This document shows, in pieces, positions 50,234-59,624 of a stretch of 64,000 nt of DNA. Numbering within the stretch: the first letter of the stretch is position 1; each line of letters starts with the position of its first letter. The position numbers and the translations under genes were made by a program. This stretch comes from an uncultured Gemmatimonadales bacterium (lineage in GTDB: Bacteria; Gemmatimonadota; Gemmatimonadetes; Longimicrobiales; RSA9): contig OY970192.1 of the NCBI GenBank assembly GCA_963708135.1, forward strand, positions 4,288,001-4,352,000, written 5' to 3'. The notes under the pieces were generated by a model that was not told where the DNA came from, ran no database searches, and saw only the letters and a program-made list of their open reading frames with translations.

Positions 50234-51199
50234 ATGAGCACGGCCGACGATCCGCTTCCGCCCGATGTGACGCCCGAGCTGCCCTCCTCGGCCTGGCGCC
50301 TGATGCTGGCGGCGCTGGGGCGTCTGCCGCAGGGCCTGCTGAGCCGCGGGTTCGGGCGGCTCGCGGACCTGCCGCTCCCGGGGCGCGTCCGGCGGCCGGT
50401 GCTGGGGGCGTTCGCGCGGGCGTTCGGAATCGACGTCGCGGAAGCGGAGCACCCGCTCGAGGAGTATCCGACGCTGGGGGCGTTCTTCGTGCGCCGGCTG
50501 CGGCCGGGGCTGCGCGGGTGGCCGGAGGATCCGGCGCGCGCGGCGTCGCCGGTGGACGGGGTGGTGGGGCATGTCGGGGAGGTGGCGGACGGGAGAGCGG
50601 TGCAGGCCAAGGGCCGGCGGTACTCGGTGGCCGAGCTGCTGGACGACGCGACATCGGCGGCCCGCTTCGAGGGGGGCGTGTTCGTGACGCTCTACCTGAG
50701 CCCGCGCCACTACCACCGGATCCACGCGCCCTGGCCGGGGATGATCCCGCGGGCGCGGCACGTGCCGGGTGCGCTGCTGCCGGTGAACGCGGCGGCGGTG
50801 GCGCACGTGCCGGACCTGTTCGCGCGCAACGAGCGGCTGGTCTGCTACGTGGACGGGGCGGCGGGGCGCGCCGCGGTGGTCGCGGTGGGGGCGTACAACG
50901 TCGGGCGCATCTCGGCGGCGTTCGACGTCGCGTGGAACGCCCCGCGCGGCGGCGGTACATGGGTGACGAACCGGCCGGGCGCCGTGGCGGCGACGCACGA
51001 GTACGACCCGCCGGTCGAGGTCGGTGCGGGCGAGGAGATCATGGCGTTCCACCTGGGATCGACGGTCGTGCTGCTGTTCGAGCGCGGGCGGGTCGAGTTG
51101 GCGCCCGGCATCGTCGCCGGGGCGGAGGTGAGGGTGGGCGAGGCGATGGGAGGTCCGCCGCGGCGCGCGGGAGGGAGCCGCGCGCGGGCGGGGTCGTGA
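50234..51199 (+). CDS. psd: Phosphatidylserine decarboxylase proenzyme
   Basis: SPVDG, YLSPRHYHRIH, NER, VGAYNVG, FHLGST autocleavage motif. Confidence 0.95.
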   Translation: MSTADDPLPPDVTPELPSSAWRLMLAALGRLPQGLLSRGFGRLADLPLPGRVRRPVLGAFARAFGIDVAEAEHPLEEYPTLGAFFVRRLRPGLRGWPEDPARAASPVDGVVGHVGEVADGRAVQAKGRRYSVAELLDDATSAARFEGGVFVTLYLSPRHYHRIHAPWPGMIPRARHVPGALLPVNAAAVAHVPDLFARNERLVCYVDGAAGRAAVVAVGAYNVGRISAAFDVAWNAPRGGGTWVTNRPGAVAATHEYDPPVEVGAGEEIMAFHLGSTVVLLFERGRVELAPGIVAGAEVRVGEAMGGPPRRAGGSRARAGS

Positions 51200-51213
51200 C
51201 GCCGGCGCCCGGG

Positions 51214-51567
51214 CTAGCGGACCTCGAGCAGCTCGACGTCGAAGACCAGCGTGGCGCCGGGCGGGATCGCGCCGCCGGCGCCGCGGCTGCCGTAGCCGAG
51301 CTCGGGCGGGATGACGAGCTTGCGGCGGCCGCCGACCTTCATGCCCGCCACGCCCTCGTCCCATCCCTTGATGACCCGACCGGCGCCGAGCGGGAAGCTG
51401 AACGGCTCGCCGCGATCGACGCTGCTGTCGAACTTGGTGCCGTCCTGCAGGTAGCCGGTGTAGTGGACGGTCACCTGCTTGCCGGCCCTGGCCTCCTCGC
51501 CGAAACCGCCCTCGACCTCGCGGTACTTCAGTCCCGACGGCATCGTCGTCATGTCTTCTTCGGCCAT
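51214..51567 (-). CDS. FKBP-type peptidyl-prolyl isomerase
   Basis: [33 protein letters not shown]. Confidence 0.96.
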   Translation of the reverse strand: MAEEDMTTMPSGLKYREVEGGFGEEARAGKQVTVHYTGYLQDGTKFDSSVDRGEPFSFPLGAGRVIKGWDEGVAGMKVGGRRKLVIPPELGYGSRGAGGAIPPGATLVFDVELLEVR

Positions 51568-52526
51568 CCGCGCCCTCCCTCGTCCTCGTCGTCGTAGATG
51601 TGAACGGTGATCCGGCCGTCCGGGCCCGTCCAGCCGCGGTACATGCCCGGTGTGTTGAACGGCGCGGCGAAGCTGCCGTCGCGTCCGAGCGCGATCACCC
51701 CACCCTCGCCTCCGCGCTCCACCAGCACCCGCCCGACCACGTGCTCCGCCGCCTCGCGCACGCTCTGCCCCAGGTAGCGGACCCGAGCACAGATGTCGTA
51801 GGCGACGACGCCCCGCATGAAATCCTCGCCCGTCCCCGTGGCGGACACGGCGCAGCCCTCGTTGCTCGCGTAGGTGCCCGCACCAATGATCGGGGAATCC
51901 CCGATCCGGCCGGGATGCTTGTTGGTAAGGCCGCCCGTGGAGGTGCCCGCCGCGAGGTCGCCATGCACGTCGAGCGCCACCGCGCCCACAGTGCCGTGCC
52001 GCTCGTCGGGCCGGCCGAGCCTGGCCACCGGCAGCCCGGCCTCCTCCGCCGCGCGCGCCCTGCGCATCGACTCCCAGCGGCGCTCCGTGAAGAAGTAGCT
52101 CTGCGGCACCAGCTCCATTCCCTGCTCGCGCGCGAACGCCTCCGCGCCCTCGCCGCCAAGCAGCACGTGGCTCGAGCGCTCCATCACCAGCCGCGCCAGG
52201 TCGATCGGGTTGCGGATGTGCGTCACGGCGGCCACGGCGCCGGCGCGCAGGGTACGCCCCTCCATGATCGCGGCGTCCATCTCGTTGGTGCCCGCGCTCG
52301 TGAAGGCGGCGCCCCGCCCCGCGTTGAAGAGGGGCGAGTCCTCCAGGACGTTCACCGCCGCGTTGACGGCATCCACGCTGGTATCCTCGGCCGCGAGGAC
52401 GGCGTGACCCGCCCGCAGCGACTCCGCCAACGTGGAGCGGTACGCCGCCTCCAGGCGCGGCGTCATCTCGGAGCGCGGGATGGTCCCGGCTCCGCCGTGC
52501 ACGACCAGCAGGAAGCGCGGCTCCAC
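51549..52526 (-). CDS. iaaA: Isoaspartyl peptidase / plant-type L-asparaginase
   Basis: [20 protein letters not shown] (Thr nucleophile), TSTGG, GRIGDSP. Confidence 0.93.
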   Translation of the reverse strand: MEPRFLLVVHGGAGTIPRSEMTPRLEAAYRSTLAESLRAGHAVLAAEDTSVDAVNAAVNVLEDSPLFNAGRGAAFTSAGTNEMDAAIMEGRTLRAGAVAAVTHIRNPIDLARLVMERSSHVLLGGEGAEAFAREQGMELVPQSYFFTERRWESMRRARAAEEAGLPVARLGRPDERHGTVGAVALDVHGDLAAGTSTGGLTNKHPGRIGDSPIIGAGTYASNEGCAVSATGTGEDFMRGVVAYDICARVRYLGQSVREAAEHVVGRVLVERGGEGGVIALGRDGSFAAPFNTPGMYRGWTGPDGRITVHIYDDEDEGGRGWPKKT

Positions 52527-52608
52527 CGGACCTCCTCGTTGCGGTGCGGCCGAGCGGAGAATGTCGGCCGCGTCGCGGGCCCGTGCAAGCTCCGGCGGCG
52601 TCGTGACG

Positions 52609-53082
52609 CTAATTGATCTCGGAGACCTGGAAGAAGAAGATCACTGTCGAGTTGGGCGGCACGTGGATGCCGTAGCCCGTCTGCCCGAAGGCGAGGGCGG
52701 GGGGAATGACGAGCACGCGAGAGCCGCCGGCCTTCATGCCCTGGAGCCCGTCGATCCACCCCTGCAGCGCGTTGTCGCTGTCGAGCGTGACCGGCTGGAG
52801 CGTGCCCTGCGCGAACTGGTACCCGTCCGGCGTGTAGCCGGAGTAGGTCGCCACGATGAGGTCGCCGGCCTGGACGAGCCGGTCGCCGCTCCCCGCCTCC
52901 AGGTCCTGCCAGTAGACGCCCGAGGCGGTCTGGTGCATCGACGCGAGGTCGATCCCCAGCGCCGCGTTGTAGTCGATCTTCGTCGGGTCCGACCAGTCCT
53001 CCGTCGGGCCCGTGACGCTGTAGCTGTAGCTGCTGCACGCCGTGGCGGCGAGGACGACGAGCGGAAGGAGGACGCGTCTCAT
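52609..53082 (-). CDS. FKBP-type PPIase-like lipoprotein
   Basis: Lipobox ATAC; GWIDGLQGMKAGG.R.LVIPP.LAFG. Confidence 0.85.
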   Translation of the reverse strand: MRRVLLPLVVLAATACSSYSYSVTGPTEDWSDPTKIDYNAALGIDLASMHQTASGVYWQDLEAGSGDRLVQAGDLIVATYSGYTPDGYQFAQGTLQPVTLDSDNALQGWIDGLQGMKAGGSRVLVIPPALAFGQTGYGIHVPPNSTVIFFFQVSEIN

Positions 53083-53161
53083 GGGAGGCTCCGGAGTAAC
53101 GGGTGAACGCTGAAAGCTCGCCCGCCGGCGCGAAGGAATCAAGTGCGCGCGCGGCGCGGCG

Positions 53162-54469
53162 TCAGAAGAACACGCTCAGGGATACGTAGCCTGAGGCGGG
53201 CACGACGCCGAACTCGGAGCCGAGCCGGGCGGCCAGTGGCCGGACCGTGCCGTTGCCGATGCCGAGGAAGGCACCCGCCCGGAGCGAGGCCTCGTTGGAG
53301 AGCGACACCGTCGCCGCCGGCGCCACGAGGACGCTGCCGTCCCGCAGGTCCGCGAGCGCGAGCGCCTCGAGCGAGACGAGCGGGTGCGCCTGCCAGCTCG
53401 CCTGGAGCGCAGCCACGTCGCGCCCCAGCACCTGGAGCTCGCCACGGCGGTACGGCGCGGACCCCAGCACGCCGCCGAGGTCGTCCGCGCCCGCGGCGCC
53501 GAAGCCGTCGTGCTGGAGCTCGGCGACCAGGTAGAGGTCCCGCTCGGCCACCGTGAAGCGACGGTCCACCCCCACGGTGCCGCGCAGCGCCGCCCCGCCC
53601 GCCCGCCCCGCCACCCCGTCGGCCGAGCGGACGGACGCCTCCGCCCGCAGCGCCCAGCCGCCCAGCGAGCCGGACGCGCCCGCGGCCGCCGCCGCCCGGT
53701 CGTGCAGCACGCCGCCCCACGCGGAGAGCTCCCACGAGGCCACCGTGCTCCGAACCCGCGCGAGCGCGGTGAGGTCCGTCCCGAGCGGCGTGCGGGCGGG
53801 GCGCACCACGGCGTCGAGCTCGCTCAGCGGGCCCGGGAACACCTGCAGCCGCGCCGCGTCCACGCCGGGCCGGTACTCGCGGAAGGGGTCCGACGGGTCG
53901 AAGGGCGCGAACGGATCGGCCGGCGTGAGCAGCAGCGTGGTGGCCCAGGAGATCGCCTGCCGCCCCACCTCGAGCCGCGCGCGCGCGCCGAGCGGCGCCG
54001 AGAGGCTCAGCCGGTCTACCCGGTGCCGCCAGCGCGTGTGGCCGTTCTCCGCCAGCATGCCCTGCAGCGCGAGCCAGTCCGTGCCCGCCGCCTCCACGCC
54101 CGGCGTGAGGAGCCCCGGCGTCCCGCCCCTCTCCGACCACGCGAGCGTCTGCTCGTAGGCGGCGTCCAGCCGCGCCGGCCCCAGCCGCGGCGAGGCCATG
54201 AGCCGCAGCCGCAGGAACTCGCCCGCCCCGCCCTCCGTCAGCGGCGTCCGTGCCGTCGCCGACGCAATGTCGAGCGCGTAGCCCGAGATCCGCTGCGCCC
54301 CAGCCGCCCCGCCCGACAGCGCCAATGCCAGGAGTGCCGCCCCCACGCCGCTCGCGAGAGCGCGTGCGCTCGCGCGCCCGGCCGTTCCCCGCCGCCCGTC
54401 CCGCGGCCGCCGCCGGCGAGCCCGCGCACCCCGGCGTCCCGCCGTCCCCGCGTCGCCTGCGGGATGCAT
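53162..54469 (-). CDS. Hypothetical outer-membrane beta-barrel protein
   Basis: VDRL, VGRQAISW, PADPFAPF, RPGVDA; C-terminal YVSLSVFF. Confidence 0.7.
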   Translation of the reverse strand: MHPAGDAGTAGRRGARARRRRPRDGRRGTAGRASARALASGVGAALLALALSGGAAGAQRISGYALDIASATARTPLTEGGAGEFLRLRLMASPRLGPARLDAAYEQTLAWSERGGTPGLLTPGVEAAGTDWLALQGMLAENGHTRWRHRVDRLSLSAPLGARARLEVGRQAISWATTLLLTPADPFAPFDPSDPFREYRPGVDAARLQVFPGPLSELDAVVRPARTPLGTDLTALARVRSTVASWELSAWGGVLHDRAAAAAGASGSLGGWALRAEASVRSADGVAGRAGGAALRGTVGVDRRFTVAERDLYLVAELQHDGFGAAGADDLGGVLGSAPYRRGELQVLGRDVAALQASWQAHPLVSLEALALADLRDGSVLVAPAATVSLSNEASLRAGAFLGIGNGTVRPLAARLGSEFGVVPASGYVSLSVFF

Positions 54470-54475
54470 GGTGGC

Positions 54476-55231
54476 TCACTCTTCCGGGAACGGCGTGTCG
54501 TGGGCCGTGGAGCCGGCCGTTGCCGGCGGGGCGCGGCGCTCGTCGTCGGCGATCTGGCCGTCCACGAGCTGGATGAGCCGGTGCGCGCGCTCCATCACGT
54601 GCGGGTCGTGCGTCGAGAACAGGAAGGTCGTGCCGTGCTGGTGGTTGAGCCGCTCCATCACATCGAGCAGCGCGGCGCTGGTGTGGGAGTCCAGGTTGGC
54701 GGTCGGCTCGTCCGCCAGCACGATCGCCGGATCGCCGACCACGGCGCGGGCCACCGCCACCCGCTGCTGCTGGCCGCCCGAGAGCTTGCCGGGGCGCCGG
54801 TCCTCGAGCCCCTCGAGGCCGATCTCGCGGAACAGCGCCTCCACGCGCCGGCGCCGCTCGGCCGCCGGGACGCCGCGCAGCAGGAGCGTGAACTCCGCGT
54901 TCTCGAGCGCCGTGAGCACGGGGAGCAGGTTGTACGCCTGGAAGACGAAGCCGATTCTCTCGAGGCGCAGCCGCGCGAGCGCGGACTCGGACAGCTCCGT
55001 TAGCTCTTCGCCCGCCACCTGGACGCGTCCTTCGGTGGGACGCGTGAGCCCACCCAGCAGGTTCAGCAGCGTGGTCTTACCCGAGCCGGACGGGCCCGCC
55101 ATGGCCACGAAGTCGCCCCGCTCGATGGCGAAGCTCACACCCCGCACCGCCTGCACCGGCGCGGGCTCCTGCGGGTAGGTCTTCCACAGGTCCTCGACGC
55201 GGATCGCCGCGTCCGTCACGGGCTCGCTCAT
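54476..55231 (-). CDS. ABC transporter ATPase (LolD/MacB-like)
   Basis: GPSGSGKT, IGFVFQ, LSGGQQQR, LADEPTANLD. Confidence 0.95.
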   Translation of the reverse strand: MSEPVTDAAIRVEDLWKTYPQEPAPVQAVRGVSFAIERGDFVAMAGPSGSGKTTLLNLLGGLTRPTEGRVQVAGEELTELSESALARLRLERIGFVFQAYNLLPVLTALENAEFTLLLRGVPAAERRRRVEALFREIGLEGLEDRRPGKLSGGQQQRVAVARAVVGDPAIVLADEPTANLDSHTSAALLDVMERLNHQHGTTFLFSTHDPHVMERAHRLIQLVDGQIADDERRAPPATAGSTAHDTPFPEE

Positions 55232-56514
55232 CGGTCGAATTTCATCGCCTCGGCGACGTCGATGCGCATCGCCTGCCAGGCCGGGTAGAGGGAAGCCAGC
55301 ACGCCGATCACGGCCACGAACGCCAGGCTCTGCACGACCTGGATCGGCCGGAAGATAGGCACCAGCACGGGGTCCACGATGGCGCCGGAGACGGTGATGT
55401 CCTGGCTCCACAGCGCCGACAGGTCCAGGCCGTGGCGGAAGAAGCCGAACGTCACGCCCAGCCCGAGCAGGATGCCGAGCACCCCGCTCGCGACCGTGAG
55501 CAGCAGCCCCTCCGTGAAGACGACGCCGCCCGTCTGCCGCCGCGTCAGCCCCAGCGCGCGCAACACGCCGAACTCCCGCGTGCGGTTGAGCACCGACATG
55601 AGGATCGAGTTCAGGATCGCCATCGCCACGATCCCGAGCAGCACGACGTGGAAGACGTAGTCGCCGAAGTCGTCAATGCGGATGGCGGCGTCCAGGTCGG
55701 GCGAGGCCTGCCGCCAGGACAGCACCCGCACGCCCGCCAGCGCCGCGGCCCGCAGCGCGGAGACCACCCCGTCCGTCTCGAACACCGAGTGCAGCAGCAC
55801 CGCCACCGTGGTGGCCCCGCCCCGCGCGCCCAGCCACGAGCGCGCCGTCTCCAGCGGGATCTGCACGAGCCCCTCGTCCATCTCCGGTATGCCGCTCCGG
55901 AAGATACCGACCACCCGCACGAGCTGCCCCTCGATCTGCCCCCCGGCCGCCTGCGCCGTCAGCACCAGCCGCGAGCCGACCTCGAGGTCGAGCCGCTCCG
56001 CCAGCCTCTGGCCGATGTAGACCGCCAGCCGGTCCTCCGGCTCCAGGTAGCGCCCCGCCACCTTCCTGGCGTCCAGCTCGGAGAAGGCCGCCTCCGCCGC
56101 CGGATCCACCCCCTGCACCTGCACCGCCACCGCCCCGCCCGGCGCGCTGGCCAGCCCGCTCACCGAGAGGCGGGGCGCCACCGCCGCCACCCTCCGCGCC
56201 ACGGCGGGCGCGGCCAGGGCGCGCCGGGCGCCCGCCAGCTGCGCCGGCGAGAGGCGGTCCGAGAGCGCGGCGCTCTTCAGGTAGCCCGGCGCCTGGAGCG
56301 CCACCTCCCCCGCCGCCAGCCGGACGCCCGACTCGATCCACTTCTCGTGCGCGCCGTCCGCGATGGCGCGCGACATCATGAGCAGCCCGAGCCCCAGCAC
56401 CATGGCCGCCATGGTCAGCACGCTGCGCCGCGCCTGCCGCAGCACGTTGCGCCCCGACAGCCGGAAGAGCAGCCCCAGCCGCAGCAGCGCCCGCCCGCGC
56501 CCGCGCCGGCTCAT
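55228..56514 (-). CDS. FtsX/MacB/LolE-type ABC permease
   Basis: RNVLRQARRS.LT, RTREFGVLRALG, SLYPAWQA. Confidence 0.92.
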   Translation of the reverse strand: MSRRGRGRALLRLGLLFRLSGRNVLRQARRSVLTMAAMVLGLGLLMMSRAIADGAHEKWIESGVRLAAGEVALQAPGYLKSAALSDRLSPAQLAGARRALAAPAVARRVAAVAPRLSVSGLASAPGGAVAVQVQGVDPAAEAAFSELDARKVAGRYLEPEDRLAVYIGQRLAERLDLEVGSRLVLTAQAAGGQIEGQLVRVVGIFRSGIPEMDEGLVQIPLETARSWLGARGGATTVAVLLHSVFETDGVVSALRAAALAGVRVLSWRQASPDLDAAIRIDDFGDYVFHVVLLGIVAMAILNSILMSVLNRTREFGVLRALGLTRRQTGGVVFTEGLLLTVASGVLGILLGLGVTFGFFRHGLDLSALWSQDITVSGAIVDPVLVPIFRPIQVVQSLAFVAVIGVLASLYPAWQAMRIDVAEAMKFDR

Positions 56515-57839
56515 CGCCCCGCCAGCGCGTCCGCCGGCGGCACGCGCGTCGCGCGGTACGCCGGGTAGAGGGCGGCGAGGAGCGCCGTGATGAGCAGCGC
56601 CCCGGCCGAGACGAGCGGCGCCTCCACCGAGTACTCCACCCGCAGCACGGGGCGGATCAGCGCGCCCGCCATCGTGAAGCCGCCGACCACGGCGCTGAAG
56701 TCCGGCGGCGAATGGTGGAACCAGACGAGCAGCGGCGCGACGAGCACCGCACCCCCCGCCAGCGAGAGCAGCCCCAGGATGAGGCCCTCGTACAGCACGG
56801 TCCGCGACACGCCGGAGCCCGTCGTGCCCAGCGCCCGCACCACCGCGAACTCGCGCCGCCGCTCGAACGTGCCCATGAGCATCGTGTTCGCCACGCCGAA
56901 GATGGCCATGATGAAGACGATGCCGACGATCAGGATGTTGCTGGAGTCGGCCAGGCGGGCATACTCCGAGAGCTCGGGGCGGAACGTGGGCCACGCGTCG
57001 ACCTCCAGGCTCCTCGCCGGATCGGCGGCCGCGGACGGCGCCGCCGAGGCCGCGGCGTGCGCCACCGCCCCCGGCCGCGCCGTCCAGCCGGAGCGGCCGA
57101 GCAGCGCCGCCAGCGAGTCCGCCACCGCCGGCGCCTGCCACGGCTCCGGCACGGCCGCCGCGATCTCGTGCACCCGCCCGGGATCCAGTGCCAGCAGCCG
57201 CTGCAGCACGCCGATCGGCAGGATGGCGTAGGCGCCGTCCACGCCGACCATCCCCGTGTGGTAGATCCCCGCCACCCGGAACAGGTCGTTGCCCATGGAG
57301 CCGTCGGCCGCCGGCGCCACGAGCACCACCTCGTCGCCTGCGGAGACATGGAGCTTGCGCGCCATCTCGTCGCCGATGGCGATCTCGCTCCGACCCGACC
57401 GGGGCGCCGCGCCGCGCACGATCGTGGAAAGCAGCCGCGAGACCCGCGGCTCGAGCGACGGATCCACCCCGACCAGCGCCGCCGCCACCGTCTGCTCCCC
57501 CGCGCTCACCAGCCCACCGCCGTAGACGCGCGGCGCGGCCGAGCGCACCCCCGGCTCCGCCGCCACCGCCCGCACCAGCGCGGAGACGTCCGTGCCGGCC
57601 TCTCCCCCCAGCGTGGCGTAGAGCCCGCGCTCCGGCTTCCAGTCGCCTTCGTGGACCTGCACCTGCCCCGCCAGCAGGCTCGTCCCGTTCTCGACCATCT
57701 CCACCGTCGTGCCATCGGAGATGCCCACCATCAGCACCGACGCCACGTAGCCGAACGCCAGCGCGGCCGCCGTGATCAGCGTCCGCTTGCGGTTCCGCCA
57801 CAGGTTCCGCCAGGCCAGACGCCACCACACTCGCCTCAC
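56511..57839 (-). CDS. FtsX/MacB/LolE-type ABC permease
   Basis: LAWRNLWRNRKRT, ERRREFAVVRALG, ALYPAYRA. Confidence 0.92.
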   Translation of the reverse strand: MRRVWWRLAWRNLWRNRKRTLITAAALAFGYVASVLMVGISDGTTVEMVENGTSLLAGQVQVHEGDWKPERGLYATLGGEAGTDVSALVRAVAAEPGVRSAAPRVYGGGLVSAGEQTVAAALVGVDPSLEPRVSRLLSTIVRGAAPRSGRSEIAIGDEMARKLHVSAGDEVVLVAPAADGSMGNDLFRVAGIYHTGMVGVDGAYAILPIGVLQRLLALDPGRVHEIAAAVPEPWQAPAVADSLAALLGRSGWTARPGAVAHAAASAAPSAAADPARSLEVDAWPTFRPELSEYARLADSSNILIVGIVFIMAIFGVANTMLMGTFERRREFAVVRALGTTGSGVSRTVLYEGLILGLLSLAGGAVLVAPLLVWFHHSPPDFSAVVGGFTMAGALIRPVLRVEYSVEAPLVSAGALLITALLAALYPAYRATRVPPADALAGR

Positions 57840-57843
57840 CGCC

Positions 57844-58644
57844 TCAGCCCCGCGCGCGCAGGTTCCGGAGCGAGAAGAAGTCCGGCGCCAGCTTGACCCC
57901 GAACTCCAGCGACTTGTAGCGTAGCACCGTACGCTCCGCCGGCTTGTCCGCGGGCTGGATCGTCATCGTCGCCGGCACCAGCCGCCCGCCCATCCGTGTG
58001 AAGTCGCTGAACGTGATCGTCCGCACCAGGGTGCCCCGGTCGTCGTAGTAGCGCGCCCACTGCGGCATGAGGTCCGCCTTGCGGACCCGCTCCACGATCT
58101 TCCCCCACACCACCGCCGCCTCCGGCTTGGGCGTCAGCACCAGCTCCCACGCCTCCGCGTCCCCGCCCGGACCGAACGCAATATCGTAATCCTCGATCAC
58201 CCGGCTCTCCTTCACCAGGTCGTCGTTCGTGAAGTGCGAGCCCATCCACGACCCCATCATCAGCGACGGCGGCACCTTGATCGTCCGGTCCACCCGCGGC
58301 AGATAGTTCCACACCTCGTCCTTGGACTTCAGCGTCGCCGTTCCCGCCTCCTTCGCCGGCGCCACCACCCGCACCAGCGCGTACTGCGTCCCCAGCGACC
58401 ACACCCGCATCTCCAGCGAGCGCGACCAGTGCGCCGTCACGATGTCCATCACCATGTCGCCCCGGCTCGACTCCCCCCGCAGCAGCCGGTCTACCCGGTC
58501 CGCCAGCTCCTTCGCCGTCTGCGCCCGTGCGGGCACCGCCAGCAGCACCATTCCCAGCCAGGCGACGACGATGCCCGCCCGCCACCGCGCCCCGCCGACG
58601 CTCGCCGCCCGCCACCTTGCCGTCCCCGATTCGTCCATCTCCAT
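57844..58644 (-). CDS. LolA-like outer-membrane lipoprotein-sorting protein
   Basis: WNYLP.VDRTIK, SWMGSHFTNDDL, FFSLRNL. Confidence 0.85.
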   Translation of the reverse strand: MEMDESGTARWRAASVGGARWRAGIVVAWLGMVLLAVPARAQTAKELADRVDRLLRGESSRGDMVMDIVTAHWSRSLEMRVWSLGTQYALVRVVAPAKEAGTATLKSKDEVWNYLPRVDRTIKVPPSLMMGSWMGSHFTNDDLVKESRVIEDYDIAFGPGGDAEAWELVLTPKPEAAVVWGKIVERVRKADLMPQWARYYDDRGTLVRTITFSDFTRMGGRLVPATMTIQPADKPAERTVLRYKSLEFGVKLAPDFFSLRNLRARG

Positions 58645-58687
58645 CCGTCCCTTTCTCGCCGCGCGCCCCCGCACCCCCCAGCCCCTC

Positions 58688-59308
58688 TCACACCCCCAGC
58701 ATCCTCCGGAACAGCCCCATCTCCCCCTGGATCATCCGCTCCCGGTCCGCCGGCGAGAGATGCTCCCAGTGCTCCAGCAGCCACCGGTCCGCCGCCTCCC
58801 CCAGCGCCAGCGTCATCTCGACCAGGAACACCCGCGGCAGGTCCGTCCGCACCACCCCCAGCTCCTGGCCGCGCGCGATCGTGTCCTCCGTCCACCGCCG
58901 CACCAGCCCCCAGACACGCACCGTCGCACCCCCGCCCCGCGACTCCAGCCGCAGCCGGTAGAACGAGCGCGCCAGCTTCACGTACCACGCGTTGCTGTCC
59001 AGGTACTCCGCAGACCGCCGCACCAGCCGGTCCAGTGTCGGCCAGAACGTCTCCGCCGTCAGCGACCCCAGCGTGAACCCGCCCACCAGCCCCAGCATCC
59101 GCGCCGTCGCCCGCTCCACCACCGTCGAGAACAGGTCCGTCTTGTCCTCGAAGTAGTAATACAGCGACCCCTTGCTCTCCCCCGCCCGCTCCACGATCCG
59201 GTTCAGCGACGCGCTCTCGTAGCCGCGCGCCGCGAACTCCTCGGCCGCCGCCCCCAGGATCCGCTCCTGCCGCTCCTCCTCCAGCCTGTCGAATCGGTTT
59301 CCCGCCAT
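58688..59308 (-). CDS. TetR/AcrR-family regulator
   Basis: ILGAAAEEFAARGY..ASLNRI...AGESKGSLYYYFEDK. Confidence 0.95.
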   Translation of the reverse strand: MAGNRFDRLEEERQERILGAAAEEFAARGYESASLNRIVERAGESKGSLYYYFEDKTDLFSTVVERATARMLGLVGGFTLGSLTAETFWPTLDRLVRRSAEYLDSNAWYVKLARSFYRLRLESRGGGATVRVWGLVRRWTEDTIARGQELGVVRTDLPRVFLVEMTLALGEAADRWLLEHWEHLSPADRERMIQGEMGLFRRMLGV

Positions 59309-59335
59309 CGTCGCTTCTCACCCTCGTTCAGTCGG

Positions 59336-59353
59336 TTGGACCGCTCGGTCCAA
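59336..59353. promoter_or_regulatory. Putative TetR operator
   Basis: Perfect inverted repeat TTGGACCG-CT-CGGTCCAA ~30 bp upstream of the TetR start. Confidence 0.75.
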
Positions 59354-59624
59354 ACACAAGGATGGACAGGACGGTTGGCTGCGGCAAGGGTAGCGCGGGT
59401 TGTCGAGCTCCCTCCGCGTCGGGCGACCTCTTCGCGCGAGGACGCTTCGTCGTCGGATGCCTTCTAGAGAGAGGTGCGCCGGCAGCCTCGGGAACGCGCG
59501 CCTCTGCCGAGAGAGAGGCACACCGGCACCTGCCGGGCGCCGAGCGCGCTTTCGCCCGCCTGCGGGGGGGCCTATCTTCCGGAACCTCGCCGCCTCGGCG
59601 CCCGTGAATCCCGGAAGAGATCCG

